The translations under genes and the position numbers were made by a program. From NCBI RefSeq assembly GCF_030144855.1, contig NC_082714.1, positions 94,860,001 through 94,924,000 of the forward strand: DNA of 64,000 nucleotides, in the 5' to 3' direction. How positions within the stretch are numbered: position 1 is the stretch's first letter; each line of letters begins with the position of its first letter. The notes under the pieces were generated by a model. The model was not told the origin of the DNA and did not search any database. It was given only the letters and a program-made list of their open reading frames with translations. This DNA comes from Hypanus sabinus (lineage: Eukaryota). Shown here one piece after another: positions 33,870 through 46,300 of the stretch.

Positions 33870-36720
33870 CACTGGCAGCCAACCAGAAAAGGCTCATTTT
33901 ATTCCCACTCTTTCACTCCTATCAATCAGCTAATGCTCTTTCCATTTTGGTAATTTTTCTTTAATACCGTGTGGTCTTAACTTGTGAAGCAGCCTCTTTT
34001 GTGGCACCTTGTCAAAGGTCTTCTGAAAATCCAAGTGCACAAAATCCTCCGATTCTCTTTTGTCTATTCTGTTTGGTTATTTCTTCAAAGAATTCCGTCA
34101 GATTTATCAGACAAGAATTTCCCTGAAAGAAACCATGCTGACTTTGGGCTAATTTATCATGTGCGTCCAAGTATCCCCATATCACATCCCTAGTAATCGA
34201 TTCCAACACCTTCCGAACCACTGCGGTCAGAATAAATGGCCTGTAATTTCCTTTCTCCTATCTCTTGCCCTTCTCAAAATGTGGAGTGACATTTGCAATT
34301 TTCCACTTCTCTCGCCTCTCTTTTACAGTTGATATATCCGAAGAAACATTTGGTATATTCTTTAACATTACTGACCAGCCTACTTTCGTTTTCCATCGTT
34401 TCCTTCTCTATAACTCCTGTTCTGCCGTCACCTCTGTAAGTGTCACCTTCCGATCAACATTGGCCATCTCCTGTCTCATAACTCTGTAGTTTATTTTACT
34501 TCAGTAAATACTGATTCATCTGCGTTTAGCTTCTCATTCTCAATTTGCAGGATGAACTCTATCACATTATGATCACTGACCCCTAAGTCTTCCTTTAACT
34601 TAAGCTCTCTAATTAATTCAATTACATTGCACAACACCTACTGCAGAAGCTCTAATCCCCTCGAGAGCTCAATAAAGAGCTGCTCTAAAAGCCGTCTCGG
34701 AAGCATTCTACAAATTCCCCTCTTGGGATCCAGCACCAACCTGATTTTTCAAATCAGGCTTCATAACGAAATCCTCCATGAGTACCATAACGTTGCCCTT
34801 ACAAAATACATTTTCTATCACCCTTTGTAAATTGTTGACCACATCTTCGCTATTGTCCATATATTACTCCCATCGGGGGTTTTGTAGATTTTCAGTTTCT
34901 TATCTCACTTTTTTCTAAGGATTTGATTTCATAGAAACAGCGAAATGCAGGCCTTTCAGCGACAATCCTGGGCCGAAAATGTACTTAGTTTACAAGTTAC
35001 CTCGGGTTACCCATAGCCCTCCGTTTTTCTAAGCTTGATGTACTTATCCAGGAGTCTCTTAAAAGACGCTGTTGTATCTGCCTCCACCACAGTCGCCTGC
35101 GGCCCATTCCACGCACTCATCACTGTCTGAGTAAAAACGAAACACCTCACACTATCTGCTTTGAACACTATCTGACACTTGTCAGCCCAGCTTTGCATCC
35201 TATCGATGTCCTGTGGTAACCTCTGACAGCCTTCTACAAGATCCCTGAGGCACACCACTGGTCACCAACCTCCATGTAGAATATGGCCCGTCTACAATCA
35301 CACTTTGCCTTCTGGGGGCAAGCCAGTTCTCGATCCCTACAGCATGGTCTCCTTGGATCCCATGCCTCCTTACTTTCTCAATAAGCCTTGCATGGGGTAA
35401 CTTATAAAATGCCTTGCTGAGATCCATACACACTACCTCGACCTTCATCAATATATTTAGACACATCCTCAAAACATTCAATCAGGCTCGTAAGGCACGA
35501 CCTGCTTTTGACAAAGCCATGTTGACTGTTCCTAATCATAATATGCCTCTCCAAATGTTCATAAATCCTGCCTCTCAGGATCTTCTCCATCAACGTACCA
35601 ACCACTGTAAGATTCACTTGGCCTATAACTTTATGGGCTCTCTCTACTCCCTTTCTTGAATAAGGAAACAACATCTGCAACCCTCCAATGCTCCACAACA
35701 TTTCATTTTTAAAAATATATTTTTCATTTTACCAACAGCCACTTTTCTGCCCACCTGCCTGTCCTTTCGATACAATGTGTATCCTTCGACATTACCCTTC
35801 GTTATAATCTTCCCTCAGCCACGATTCCATGATNNNNNNNNNNNNNNNNNNNNNNNNNNNNNNNNNNNNNNNNNNNNNNNNNNNNNNNNNNNNNNNNNNN
35901 NNNNNNNNNNNNNNNNNNNNNNNNNNNNNNNNNNNNNNNNNNNNNNNNNNNNNNNNNNNNNNNAAGATAACACCTTCAGTCTAATATCTAACATTTTTCC
36001 GATTTTGTTCTCATTCTGGTCATTCCAATTTTACCCTACCATCAGCCTCTCCTTGCTTGCACACTCGCCATGCACTGCCTCTGTTTGTAATTCAACGACC
36101 CCATCTTCAGCACTATCATTTCGGTTCCCATGCCTTAGTTTATAAACTTCCGAACACCTCTAGCAAACCTGCCCACCAGGATAGTGGTCCATCGCCGATT
36201 CAGCTGTAACCTCTCCCTTTTGTACAGATCGTCTCTTCCCCAGAAGAAATCCCAATGATCCAGGATTCTGACTCCCTGCCCTGTGTAACAGTTCGTCGGC
36301 TATGGATTTATCTGCCTAATCATTCCAGTCTTACCTCACCGGTGCGTGACACAGGCAGCTGTCCAGAGGTTAATACATTGGAAGTCCTGATTTTCATCTT
36401 TCTACCTCGCTCCCTAAAATCCCTGTTCAAGACCTTCTCCTCTTTCCTGTATATGGCATTGGTGCCAATATGTACTACGACTCCTGGCTACTCAGTTATC
36501 CCATTTATAATTCAGTGGACTCAGAGACATTCCTGACCCTGTTACATTGAAGGCCACATACCATTTAGGTTACTCTATCCAGAGGGTGTCCCCTTTATTC
36601 CTGTAACAATGTCATATCCTGTCAGTACTGCAATCCCCTTCACCTCTCTCGTGCGCCACAGAGTTCAGAGCTGGTGCCTGGGACCTGGTCGCTGCTCTCC
36701 CCACCCCAACCCCTGTAGGA
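33870..36720 (-). mobile_element. Mosaic of CR1 LINE fragments (RT, endonuclease, 3' UTR, ORF1)
   Basis: SQHGFFQGNSCLINLTEFFEEIT; SQHGFVKSRSCLTSLIECFEDV; MDLSKAFYKLPH; VTSGVPQGS. Confidence 0.75.
35834..35963. other. Assembly gap (N run)
   Basis: Run of N. Confidence 1.
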
Positions 36721-36733
36721 TGTCCCAAAGTAG

Positions 36734-39700
36734 TGTAGCGGTGTGCTACACGCAGCGCTGAAATAACGACACGGAGTCGGTGAGCTGCAGTTGCAAAAGA
36801 GGTTTATTCAAACTTCGCGGCCTCGCTTTAAAGCCTTCCTGTTCCCGCCCTCACAGTCATGTCCCGCGTGCGGGCTTTTCCCTTTGCTGGTGAAGAAAGC
36901 CTCGCGACACTGGCAGGGGGCCCACGATATCCACATGAATGGGGTGGAAACGCCGGGGGTGGGGTGGAACTGCTGCGGCAGGGCTTTGGTGTGCCACTGC
37001 ACCTTGGCTGTTTGGCAGTGCATGCACGTTTTTGGCCCATTCACTGACCTGCTTGCGGAGTCCGTGCCAAACGAACCTGTTGGAGACCATCCGGACGGTT
37101 GTCCTGATGGAGGGGTGCGCTGAGTTGTAAATGGAGTCGAAAATGCGCCGCCGCCAGGCTGCCGGGACGATGGGGCGGGTTTGGCCGGTGGTGACGTCAC
37201 AGAGTATGGTCCTCTCACCTGGGCCCACGAGGAGGTCCTGGAGCTGTAAACCGGAGACTGCAGTTCTGTAACTAGGGATCTCCTCGTCTGCCTGCTGTTC
37301 CTCCGCCAGCGCTTCTACCCCTGGGTAGACTATGACAGGGCTTGGATGTTAGGTCTGGAGTAAGCGTCCGCCACGACATTGTCCTTTCCCGAGACATGCC
37401 GGACATCCGTCGTGTATTCGGAAATGTAGGACAGATGTCACTGCTGGCGGGACGACCAGGGGTCGGATGCCTTCGAGAACGCAAAGGTAAGCGGTTTGTG
37501 GTCCGTGAACGCGGTGAAGGGCCTGCCTTCTAAGAAGTACCTGAAATGCCGGATTGCCAGGTATAGCGCCAACAGTTCCCAGTGGAAGGCACTGTATTTG
37601 AGCTCGGGTGGTCGTAGGTGTTTGCTGAAAAACGCCAGGGGTTGCCGGCGACCCTCGATGAGTTTTTCCAGCACCCCACCGACTGCCGTGTTTGATGCGT
37701 CCACTGTAAGGACGATAGGGACGTCCGTTCTGGGGTGCACTAGCATCGTGGCGTTTGCTGAGGCTTCTTTGGCTTTAACGAAAGCGGCGACGGACTCCTT
37801 GTCCCAGGTAATGTCCTTGCCCTTAGCCGACATCAGGGCGAACAGGGGGCGCATGATTCGGACTGCTGAAGGGAGGAAGCGGTGGTAGAAATTCACCATA
37901 CCCACGAATTCCTGAAGGCTTTTGATTGTGTTCGGTCGGGGGAAATGGCGGACCGCGTCTTCCTTGGCGGGGAGAGGGGTTGCCCCGTCTTTAGTAATCC
38001 CGTGGCGCAGGAAGTCGATGGTGTCGAGCCCGAACTGGCATTTGGCTGGGTTGATTATTAGGCCGTATTCACTCAGTGGGGCGTAGAGTTGACGGAGGTG
38101 GGACAGATGCACCTGATGACTACTGCTGGCTATGAGGATGTCGTCCAAATAGATGAACGCGAAGTCCAAGTCGTGTCCCACCGCGTCCATTAACCGTTGG
38201 AACGTCTGTGCGGCATTGTTTAGGCCGAACGGCATGCGGAGGAACTCGAAAAGGCCGAACAGGGTGATGAATACCGTTTTGGGGACGTCGTCCGGATGCA
38301 TCGGGATTTGATGGTATCCCTGGACGAGGTCTACCTTGGAGAAGATCGGTGCGCCGTGCAGGTTTGCTGCAAAGTCCTGAACGTGCGGCACAGGGTAGCG
38401 GTCTGGTGTTGTAGCCTCGTTCAGTCTGCGGTAGTAGCCGCACGGTCTCCAGCCCCCTGTCGCTTTGGGCACCATGTGCAGGGGGGAGGCCCATGGGCTG
38501 TTGGACCGCCGTATGATCCCTAATTCCTCCATCCTCTTGAATTCCTCCTTCGCCAGTCGGAGCTTGTCCGAGGGAAGCCTTCGAGGACAGGCATGGAGGG
38601 GTGGTCCCTGGGTCGGGATGTGGTGCTGTACGCCGTGTCTAGGCATGGCTGCCGTGAACTGCGGTGTCAGAACAAATGGGAAATCCGCCAGGACTCTGGT
38701 GTAGTCGTTGTTGGACAGCGTGATGGAGCCGAGGTGAGGGGCCAGCAACTGGGCTTCACCCAGGGAGAACACTTGAAAGGTCTGGGCGTGAACCAGTCTC
38801 TTCCTTGGCAGGTCGACCAGTAGGCTGTGAGCTCGCAAAAAAATCCGCTCCGAGGAGCGGTTGGGCTCCGGCGGCCAGTGTGAAGACCCAGGTGAACCGG
38901 CTGGAGCCGAACTGTAGCCGTGACTGTTGCTGTCCGAGTGCCGTAGGTACTGTGCTTCCGTTCGCGGCCCTCAGGGTGGGACCCGGTTCTCTGTTGCGGG
39001 CGTCGTAACTCGTCGGAGGTAAGACGCTGATCTCGACTCCGGTGTCGACCAAAAAGCGGCGTCCCGACCGCTTGTCCCACACATACAGGAGGCTATCCCG
39101 ATGGCCAACCGCCATAGCCATCAGCGGCGGCTGGCCCTGGCGTTTCCCGGGAACTTGCAGGGCGGGCTACAGCGGCGGGCTTCTGCGCCCCACTGCTGGT
39201 GGTAGAAGCACCATTATTCGTTGGTCTCCTCACTCCTGCCTCTGGGGTTAGTGGGCTGTGCAGCCGGGCCTGGTCTGGTCTGCTGCCGGGAGCGTGGCCT
39301 GGTGATCTGTGCGACGGACGCCCCACTCTCCTTCTTGGCTTTCCACAGCACGTCTGCCCGGGCCGCCACCTTCCGGGGGTCGTTGAAATCCGCGTCGGAC
39401 AGCAGCAAGCGTATGTCCTCGGGCAGCTGCTCCAGGAAGGCCTGCTCAAACATGAGGCAGGGCTTATGTCCTCCGGCCAGGGACAGCATCTCGTTCATCA
39501 ATGCCGACGGCGGCCTGTCTCCCAAACCATCCAGGTGCAGTAAGCGGGCAGCTCGCTCGAGCCGTGAGAGTCCGAAAGTCCGGAAGTAGCGGTGTGCTAC
39601 ACGTAGTGCTGAAACAAAGACACGGAGTCGGTGAGCTGCAGTTACAAAAGAGGTTTATTCAAACTTCGCGGCCTCGCTTTAAAGCCTTCCTGTTCCCGCC

Positions 39701-39870
39701 CTACCCGGGCGGGAATGCTATAGGGGGCGCATATTCACCGTCCCGTCCCGCGCGCGGGCTTTTCCCCTTGCTGGTGAAGCTGGCTTGGCGCCCTTTTTGG
39801 GACGGACCTCAAAGCCGGCGCGCGCCACTTTGTGAGCCGGTTCGAGTGCGCTGGGAAGTGGGTCGCCACA
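36734..39870 (-). mobile_element. Ty3/Gypsy LTR retrotransposon (Mag-like), internally deleted
   Basis: LTR 39586-39870 and partial LTR 36734-36895. gag (LGDRPPSALMNEML; CFYHQQWG), protease (LVDTG), RT-RNase H and integrase start (IVGPLPVSRG). 5-bp flanks AGTAG / TGTAG. Confidence 0.92.
37438..38838 (-). CDS. pol: Gypsy pol segment, open for 466 aa (RT and RNase H)
   Basis: SPWASPLHMV..WRPCGYYRRLN..FSKVDLVQGYHQI..FLRMPFGLNNAAQTFQR..IYLDDILI..VDASNTAVGGVL..ELLALY..TDHKPL. Confidence 0.9.
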   Translation of the reverse strand: MRAHSLLVDLPRKRLVHAQTFQVFSLGEAQLLAPHLGSITLSNNDYTRVLADFPFVLTPQFTAAMPRHGVQHHIPTQGPPLHACPRRLPSDKLRLAKEEFKRMEELGIIRRSNSPWASPLHMVPKATGGWRPCGYYRRLNEATTPDRYPVPHVQDFAANLHGAPIFSKVDLVQGYHQIPMHPDDVPKTVFITLFGLFEFLRMPFGLNNAAQTFQRLMDAVGHDLDFAFIYLDDILIASSSHQVHLSHLRQLYAPLSEYGLIINPAKCQFGLDTIDFLRHGITKDGATPLPAKEDAVRHFPRPNTIKSLQEFVGMVNFYHRFLPSAVRIMRPLFALMSAKGKDITWDKESVAAFVKAKEASANATMLVHPRTDVPIVLTVDASNTAVGGVLEKLIEGRRQPLAFFSKHLRPPELKYSAFHWELLALYLAIRHFRYFLEGRPFTAFTDHKPLTFAFSKASDPWSSRQQ

Positions 39871-40559
39871 TGTAGTATATTTATTATTCAGGGAACCACT
39901 ACGCTAACAACCTCTCCCACCCCCCACCCCCCACCCGCCGCCCTCCAACCATTCAGGCTATGCTCTCCTCTCGCTGCTGCCATCAAGAATAAAATACAGG
40001 AGTTTCAGAACGCACAATTAGTTTCAGGAACATTAATGTCCCTCTACCATCAGGCTGTAGAAACAGAGGGAATAATTTCACTTAAATTCACTCGGTCCAT
40101 CAGTAAAATGTTTCTACAATCTATGGACTCACTTCGAAGGGTTCTTCATCTCATATTGTCAGGATGTATTAGAAATTTATTTACTGATTACTCCGATTAC
40201 AATTTTTCAGCTGCTAAAAGCGGAAGTCCGGGCATAGCCAACAGCACTCATTTCTTAATTGCTAAGAAGTTTGGGACGATTCCAGTGGCGTTTAGAATTG
40301 TGGCTGTAGAGGGTTAATTGTGTAATGCTAATGTGTAGTGACTTTGGGATGATACCAGTTGTAGGTATTGCTATTGGAACAATGTATACCGTGTTTATGT
40401 TCCATAGTCATTCGCGTTCGTCTTTTAATTCAGCGTATGCCCGGTGTTACTCGCTTATTCTCAACTGGACTTAAGGTTCGGTTCAAAAGTCGCAGCTTTT
40501 GCCTCCCAATACCGACCATCTTATTGCTAAACGTAAATAACACTAAAGATCTTAGAGCT

Positions 40560-41910
40560 CGGGTGCTGTATCAGAGGTACATTAGTACCACTTTGGTCTT
40601 TTGGTTCAGGGAATCTTGGTTAACCACATCTGGTCCAGACGCAGCAATTCAGATTGACAATACACCGCCAAGATAGGTTTGCTGAGTCTTTCAAAAACAG
40701 AGGTGGAGGAATCTGCTTCATGATCAACTCCTCGTGGTGTACAAACGTGGCGGTAATGTCCTAGTCCTGTTCACCAGACCTGGAACACCTCGCGATCAAC
40801 TGCCTTCCTTTTTAATGTTCCACAGAGGATTATTTTATTCTTGTACATCCCACCAGAGGCCAAATATCAAGCAATATCTGAACAAACTGACTGATGTGAT
40901 CAACAGCCATGCGTCATTTGGGAGGATTTTAACTAGGCTAGCTTGAAAAAAATCTCGAAATAATTTTTATTAACAAATGACTTGTAGCAACAAGGTAACC
41001 AACACAGCACTGCTACACTACCATCTAAACCGCCTACCATGCTATCCCACGACAACATTTGGGAAGTCTGATCACCTGGCTGTACTGGCACTCCATGAGG
41101 CAGAGACTGAAGACCACAGCACCAGTAGTGAGGACCAATAATGCATAGACAAGGGAGGCGCAGGAACGTTTACAGGAATGCTTTGAATCGGTGGACTGGA
41201 CTGTATTGAGGGATTCATCTTCCAGTCTGAATAAATACGCCGCAGCTGACAGTAACTTCATTAAAACCTTTGTGGATGAGTGTGTGCCTACGAGAACTTA
41301 CGGTACATACCGAAACCAAAGGCGTGGATGAACCAAAATGTTTGTATTCTGCTGAGGACCAGAGCTGTGGCGTTGAAGTCTGGAGAACCAGGTTCGTAGA
41401 AGAAAATCGTGTACAGTATTACTTGTGAAGGACTATTTCAAGAGCTCAGGAATAGTTCTAAACGAAGATGGGGGCCACATCGGATGCACTTCAACTCTGG
41501 CAGAGCTTGCTATTACTTCCTACAAGGTGAAACCGAGTATCATGAATGGCAGTGATGTTTCAAACCCATGACTCCCAAAGCTCAAGGACTTTCAAATAAT
41601 TCCATTTTTTGAAATGGAGAATAAAACTACAGCTATCAAGATCCCTGCAACTTATGTGATTCTGTGATCTCCCTAAGAGGTCAAGGTCAGGCTGTTTTTC
41701 AAGATGGTGAACCCTCGCAAGGCAACAGGACCAGGTGGAGTACCAGGTAAGGCTCTGAAAACCTGTGTCAACCAACTGCTAGGGTTGTTCAAAGAAATTT
41801 TTAGACTCTCGTTGCTACAGCCGGAATTTCCCACACGCCTCTAAAGTCCAACAATTGTACCAGTGCCCAGGAAGAGCATAGTGAGTTGCCCGAACGACTA
41901 TCGTCCAGCA
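40560..41910 (+). mobile_element. Degenerate Rex1/Babar-like LINE (endonuclease to RT start)
   Basis: FRESWLT, gtggaggaatctgcttcatgatcaac and LNDYRPAAS-like segments with many frameshifts. Confidence 0.7.
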
Positions 41911-42750
41911 GCATCACAAAAACGAGACAATCTGAAGATGCTGGGGATCCAAATCAATGCACACAAAATGCTGGAGGAACTCAGCAGACCAGGTTGCTCT
42001 ATGGCAAAGAGTATTGTATGTTCGTAAGAAAACGCATCACAAGGTTGTATATGGTAATATAGCTGCACCTTGGTAATAATTTGACTTTGAACTTCGAGAA
42101 AAGGTTGTGCTCGAAGCTTTATAAGTGACCATGTAACTGTAAGAGGCTAGATGGGGGTGATAGTCGGCTCAAGCTTGACAAACCAGATCCACCCATCCAG
42201 GATAGAGGGAAGATTATGTTTTATGACGTCTATTAGGAACAGAGCTGCCAAAGTAAGGTAGGATCATCTGTTTTGTTACGTGTCTCTGCTCTCTGAACAG
42301 AATTCCCTACTCTACCCCAGGAGTGGTGTCAGATTATTCACACCAACCTGCAGATATGGAACAAGTTTTTCATTGAATGCAATGCCCATCAATGTGGTAC
42401 ATTAACAGTGCAGTGGTACCGTATACCATCCATGTCCCTTCATTTGCCCCACACCTTGACATTGCTATCCTACGGACTTATTTTCCTAACTTCTGTATAT
42501 TGTATTTCTGATTTCTGGGTAAGAAAGCATTCCGTACCAGAATTCAAATGGGGCAATGAAGCAGGGTGACCAATTCATCTGTACAGGTGCAGGGAGACAA
42601 TTATACTCTGTAGATATACAAGTATATTAAAGTTGACGGGTGCAGATAGGATAAAAGCTCGCAGGCTTTTCCACTGAGTTTGGGACCAAAACCAGAGGTC
42701 GTAAGTTAAGGATACAAGGTGAAATATTTAAGGAGAACTTGATGGGGTAT

Positions 42751-43656
42751 TGTTAGGGTCCAGTCTGGAACCCGCCTTCCGGGTCTTGCTCCAGTCCGTG
42801 GACTCTGGAATCCGGGCTTTGCAGCCAGCCCTCCTGTCACCCGGAGCCACCGGATCATCTTGGCTTAAGGAGGTACACCTGTCGCCTATTAAAGGGCAGG
42901 TGTTTATAAGGGGCTCGGGGGCTGAACCTAGTTGCGGTGGTTGTTTTGCTCCTTGCCTACTCTGAAGCCGGTTTAACTTGTTCTGGATCTGGTTAGTTTG
43001 CTCCGTATCCTGCTCTCCAACCGGCTCTGTACTTGTTCTGCCCGGTTCGTCTTGTTTTCCTGCTTCTCTCGTGTGCGCTGGTCCCGCTGTTCCGCCGTAT
43101 TCGCCTTGCCCGCGCTGTCTGCTTGCTTCTCCCTACTTACCGGTGTATCCCGGTTGTCCTGCTGCTCACCTTGGACCTAACTCCCTTCTGTTCTCTTGCC
43201 TCCGTCGGGGAAGCCAGGCCGTCTGCCGTTGCCCAGCGGAGGAACTCCGTTTCCTTCTTTGCAACTCACCTCTGATGGGTTGTGCCCCGCACCTGCCCAG
43301 GTGTCCCCGCCTTGCCCAGGCATCCGTGTTTCCGCCTGAGAGGTGGCCGTGCCCGGGATCCATGTGGCCCGCCCTGAGGACTCCGACCCTTTCCACCCAT
43401 TGCTCCCTACGGGTTGTGCCCACACCTGCCCATGTGTTCCACGTCTTGCCCAGCCTCCGTGTTCCTGCCTGGGAGGTGGCCCTGCCCAAGAATTATGCGC
43501 CCGCCCCAGGGGGCTCTCCTGCCTTGCCGCGAAATCTGGGATCCAGCCCTGCCTGCATTATCCCTTACATGCCATGGTATCCCCATCCTGTCCTACCCCT
43601 GGTACTTCAGTGACTGCGTCCTGCATTTGGGTCCATTCCTGTCCCCGCTCCTGACA
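42751..43656 (+). mobile_element. Solo LTR (906 bp) inserted in a CR1 remnant
   Basis: TGTTAGG...CCTGACA termini, homologous to the LTRs at 43779 and 44791. Flanks GGTAT / GATAT. Internal tandem duplication at ~43276-43500. Confidence 0.85.
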
Positions 43657-43778
43657 GATATTTCTATATTTAGAGGGAGATGAGAGCGTGGAAAGGGTTG
43701 CCAGCGAAGGAGGTTGATTTCAACATTTAAGAAAAGCTTGTACAATTACGCGGATGGGAGAATTTTGGAGAGCTATCG

Positions 43779-45643
43779 TGTCAGGGTCCGGTCCGGAGTC
43801 CGCGTTCCGGGTCTCAATCCGGTCCGAGTACTCCAGATTCTGGGTCCTGCTGTTGTCCCTCCCATCACCCGTGAACTAGTTAGGACCCTCCTGGCTCAAG
43901 GAGGCACACCTGTGACTCATTGAGCTGCAGGTGTTTATAAGGGGCCTTGGGACTGGGACCAGGCGGGTGGTCGTTTTGTTCTGTTTCCTGTTCTCCGCCG
44001 GCTCCGAACTCTTCTCTGCATTCTGTTATCCTGCCCAGGCTCAGATCTACTCCTCATCATGGTCCTCTGCCCCGTACCAGTACTGCCAGGTTGGTCCTCT
44101 CCCCCACCTTTCTTCCCATGCAGTGGTCCCGCTTCTCCGCTCGCGTGTTGTTCGCGCGGTCGCGCTGTCTGCCAGCCTTTCCCGATCTTCCTGCTATCAT
44201 GGCTGTTGTGTTGGTCACCCTGGACATATGGCCGTTCCTACCCCTTGCCTCCGTCGGGCGGGTCCGGTCGACCAGCCGCTGCCCGGCGAGTGTTCTGCCC
44301 CGTCCTCTTCCGCCCGAACCCTGGGATTGTGTCCCGCACCCGCCTAGGGGTCCGCATCGGGCCCAGGCCTCCGGTGTTTCCGCCTGGGAGATGGCCCTAC
44401 CTGAGACATATGCGGCCCGCCCAGCGAGGGCTCTCCGCCGGCTTATCTAGCCACCTAGTCCTGTCTGCCCGCTTGCCTGAACCCCGGGGGCCCGCTCCGC
44501 TCTGCCTGCCTGAAACTCTACCTGAACCCCAGCTCCCCCTTAAATGCCATGTCATCCCCATCCTGTCCTCCCCCTAGTACTTCAGTGTCTGCGTCCTGCG
44601 TTTGGGTAGATCCGACCCCGTTCCTGACAGAACGACCACCCCACGTATGGACCCAGCAACACAGGCACTGGAGGCTATTTCCCGTTACCCTGGGGTCCTC
44701 TCTGCTCTGGATATTCCCCCCCCCAACCGTCCCTGGCCCTCTAGCCCCGCTTTCCTCGCCAGGAGGTTCCCTTGGGTGGGGGGGGGGGGTTGTTATTAGG
44801 GTCCAGACCGGAGTCTGCGTTCCGGGTCTCGGTCTGGTCTGAGTGCTCCGGACTCCGGATCCTGCAGTTGTCCCTCCTGTCACTCATGAACTAGATAGGA
44901 CCCTCCTGGCTCAAGGAGGCAATTCTGTGACTCATTGAGCTGCAGGTGCTTATAAGGGTCCTTGGGTCTGGGACCAGGCGGGTGGTCGTTTTTTTCTGTT
45001 TCCTGTTTCTCTGCCGGCTCCGAGCTATTCTCTGCATTCTGTTATCCCGCCCGGGCTCTGATCTACTCATCATGCTTCTCTGCCCCATACCAGTACTGCC
45101 AGATTGGTCCTCTCCCCCACTTTTCTTCCCATGCGCTGGTCCCGCTTCTCCGCTCGTTTGTTTTCGCGCGGTTGCGCTCTCTGCCGGCCTTTCCCGATTT
45201 TCCTGTAATGGCTGTTGTGTTGGTCACACTGGACCTATGGCCAACCTGCCGCTGCCCGGCGGTGATTCTGCCCGTTCCTATCCCTTGCCTCCGTTGGGCG
45301 GGTCCGGCTGACCCGGCGCTGCCCGGCGGGGTTCTGCCCCGTCCTCTTCTTCCGCCCGAACTCTGGGATTGTGCCCCGCACCCGCCTAGAAGTTCACTTC
45401 TTGCCCAGGCCTCCGGTGTTTCCGCCTGGGAGGCGGCCCTACCCGGGATATATGCGGCCCGCCCAGGGAGGGCTCTCCGCCAGCTTATCTAGCCACCTAG
45501 ACCTGCCTACCTGCTTGCCTGACACTCTATCTACCTGAACCCCAGCTCTACCCTTAAATGCCATGGCATCCCCATCCTGTCCTCCCCCTAGTGCTTCAGT
45601 GTCTGCGTCCTGCGTTTGGGTCCTTCCGGCCCCGTTCCTGACA
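43779..45643 (+). mobile_element. Non-autonomous LTR retroelement: LTR (43779-44629), 161-bp internal part, LTR (44791-45643)
   Basis: Both LTRs are TG...CCTGACA. The internal part has a leader, gag-like start MDPATQALEAISRY (ATG 44647) and a G-run polypurine tract (44778-44789). Flanks TATCG / TATAG; CR1 UTR is continuous across the site. Confidence 0.85.
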
Positions 45644-45829
45644 TATAGTCCAGGCGCAGGTCCATTGGACGAATCAGAATATCAGTTCGGCACTGTTTCT
45701 GTGCTGCAGTGCTCTATGAATCTATGGACGCCAGAAGCCATTCGTAACGTCAGCAGTTTAAAGAAACAAGCTAGTAAATCGTAGTAAAGTAATCATAATA
45801 GAGTACTAAAGAATCTTAGAAGGGTTGTG

Positions 45830-46300
45830 CTGAAACTGGAGAAGGTTCAAAGGCTGTTCATGAGAAGTATGTCATATGAAAAGCATTTGATGGCTCTGAG
45901 CCTATATTCACTGGAATTTGGACAAATGGAGGGAGACATCATTAGAACCTATCCACTGGTGAAATGCATAGATATAGTGGATGTGGAGAAGGTATACCCT
46001 ACGATGGGAGAGTCTACTACCAGAGGACACAGCCTCCAAATAGAGGACGGTCCTTTCAAAATGAAGGTGAGGAGGAATTTCTTTCACCAGAGAGTAGTGA
46101 ATCTATGGAAATCTTTACGACTGGCAGCAGTGGTGGCCAATTCTGTATGTATCCTTGAGGCAGATGTTGATAGATTCTTGATTCATCAGGACATGAAGGG
46201 ATAGAGGAGAAGGCGGGAAATTGGGGCCGAGAGGATAAATGGTCAGCAATGATTAAATGGCGGAGTAGACACGATAGGCCAAATGGCAATACTAGTCCTA
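45830..46300 (+). mobile_element. CR1 LINE 3' end
   Basis: LEKVQRLFMR..LSLYSLEF..GESTTRGHSLQI..RRNFFHQRVVNLWKSL. Confidence 0.85.

Noticed and set aside
42750-45784. Many Pro/Cys/Leu-rich ORFs of 100-211 aa
   Set aside because: They lie within GC-rich LTRs, are not conserved in frame between LTR copies and have no domain motif.
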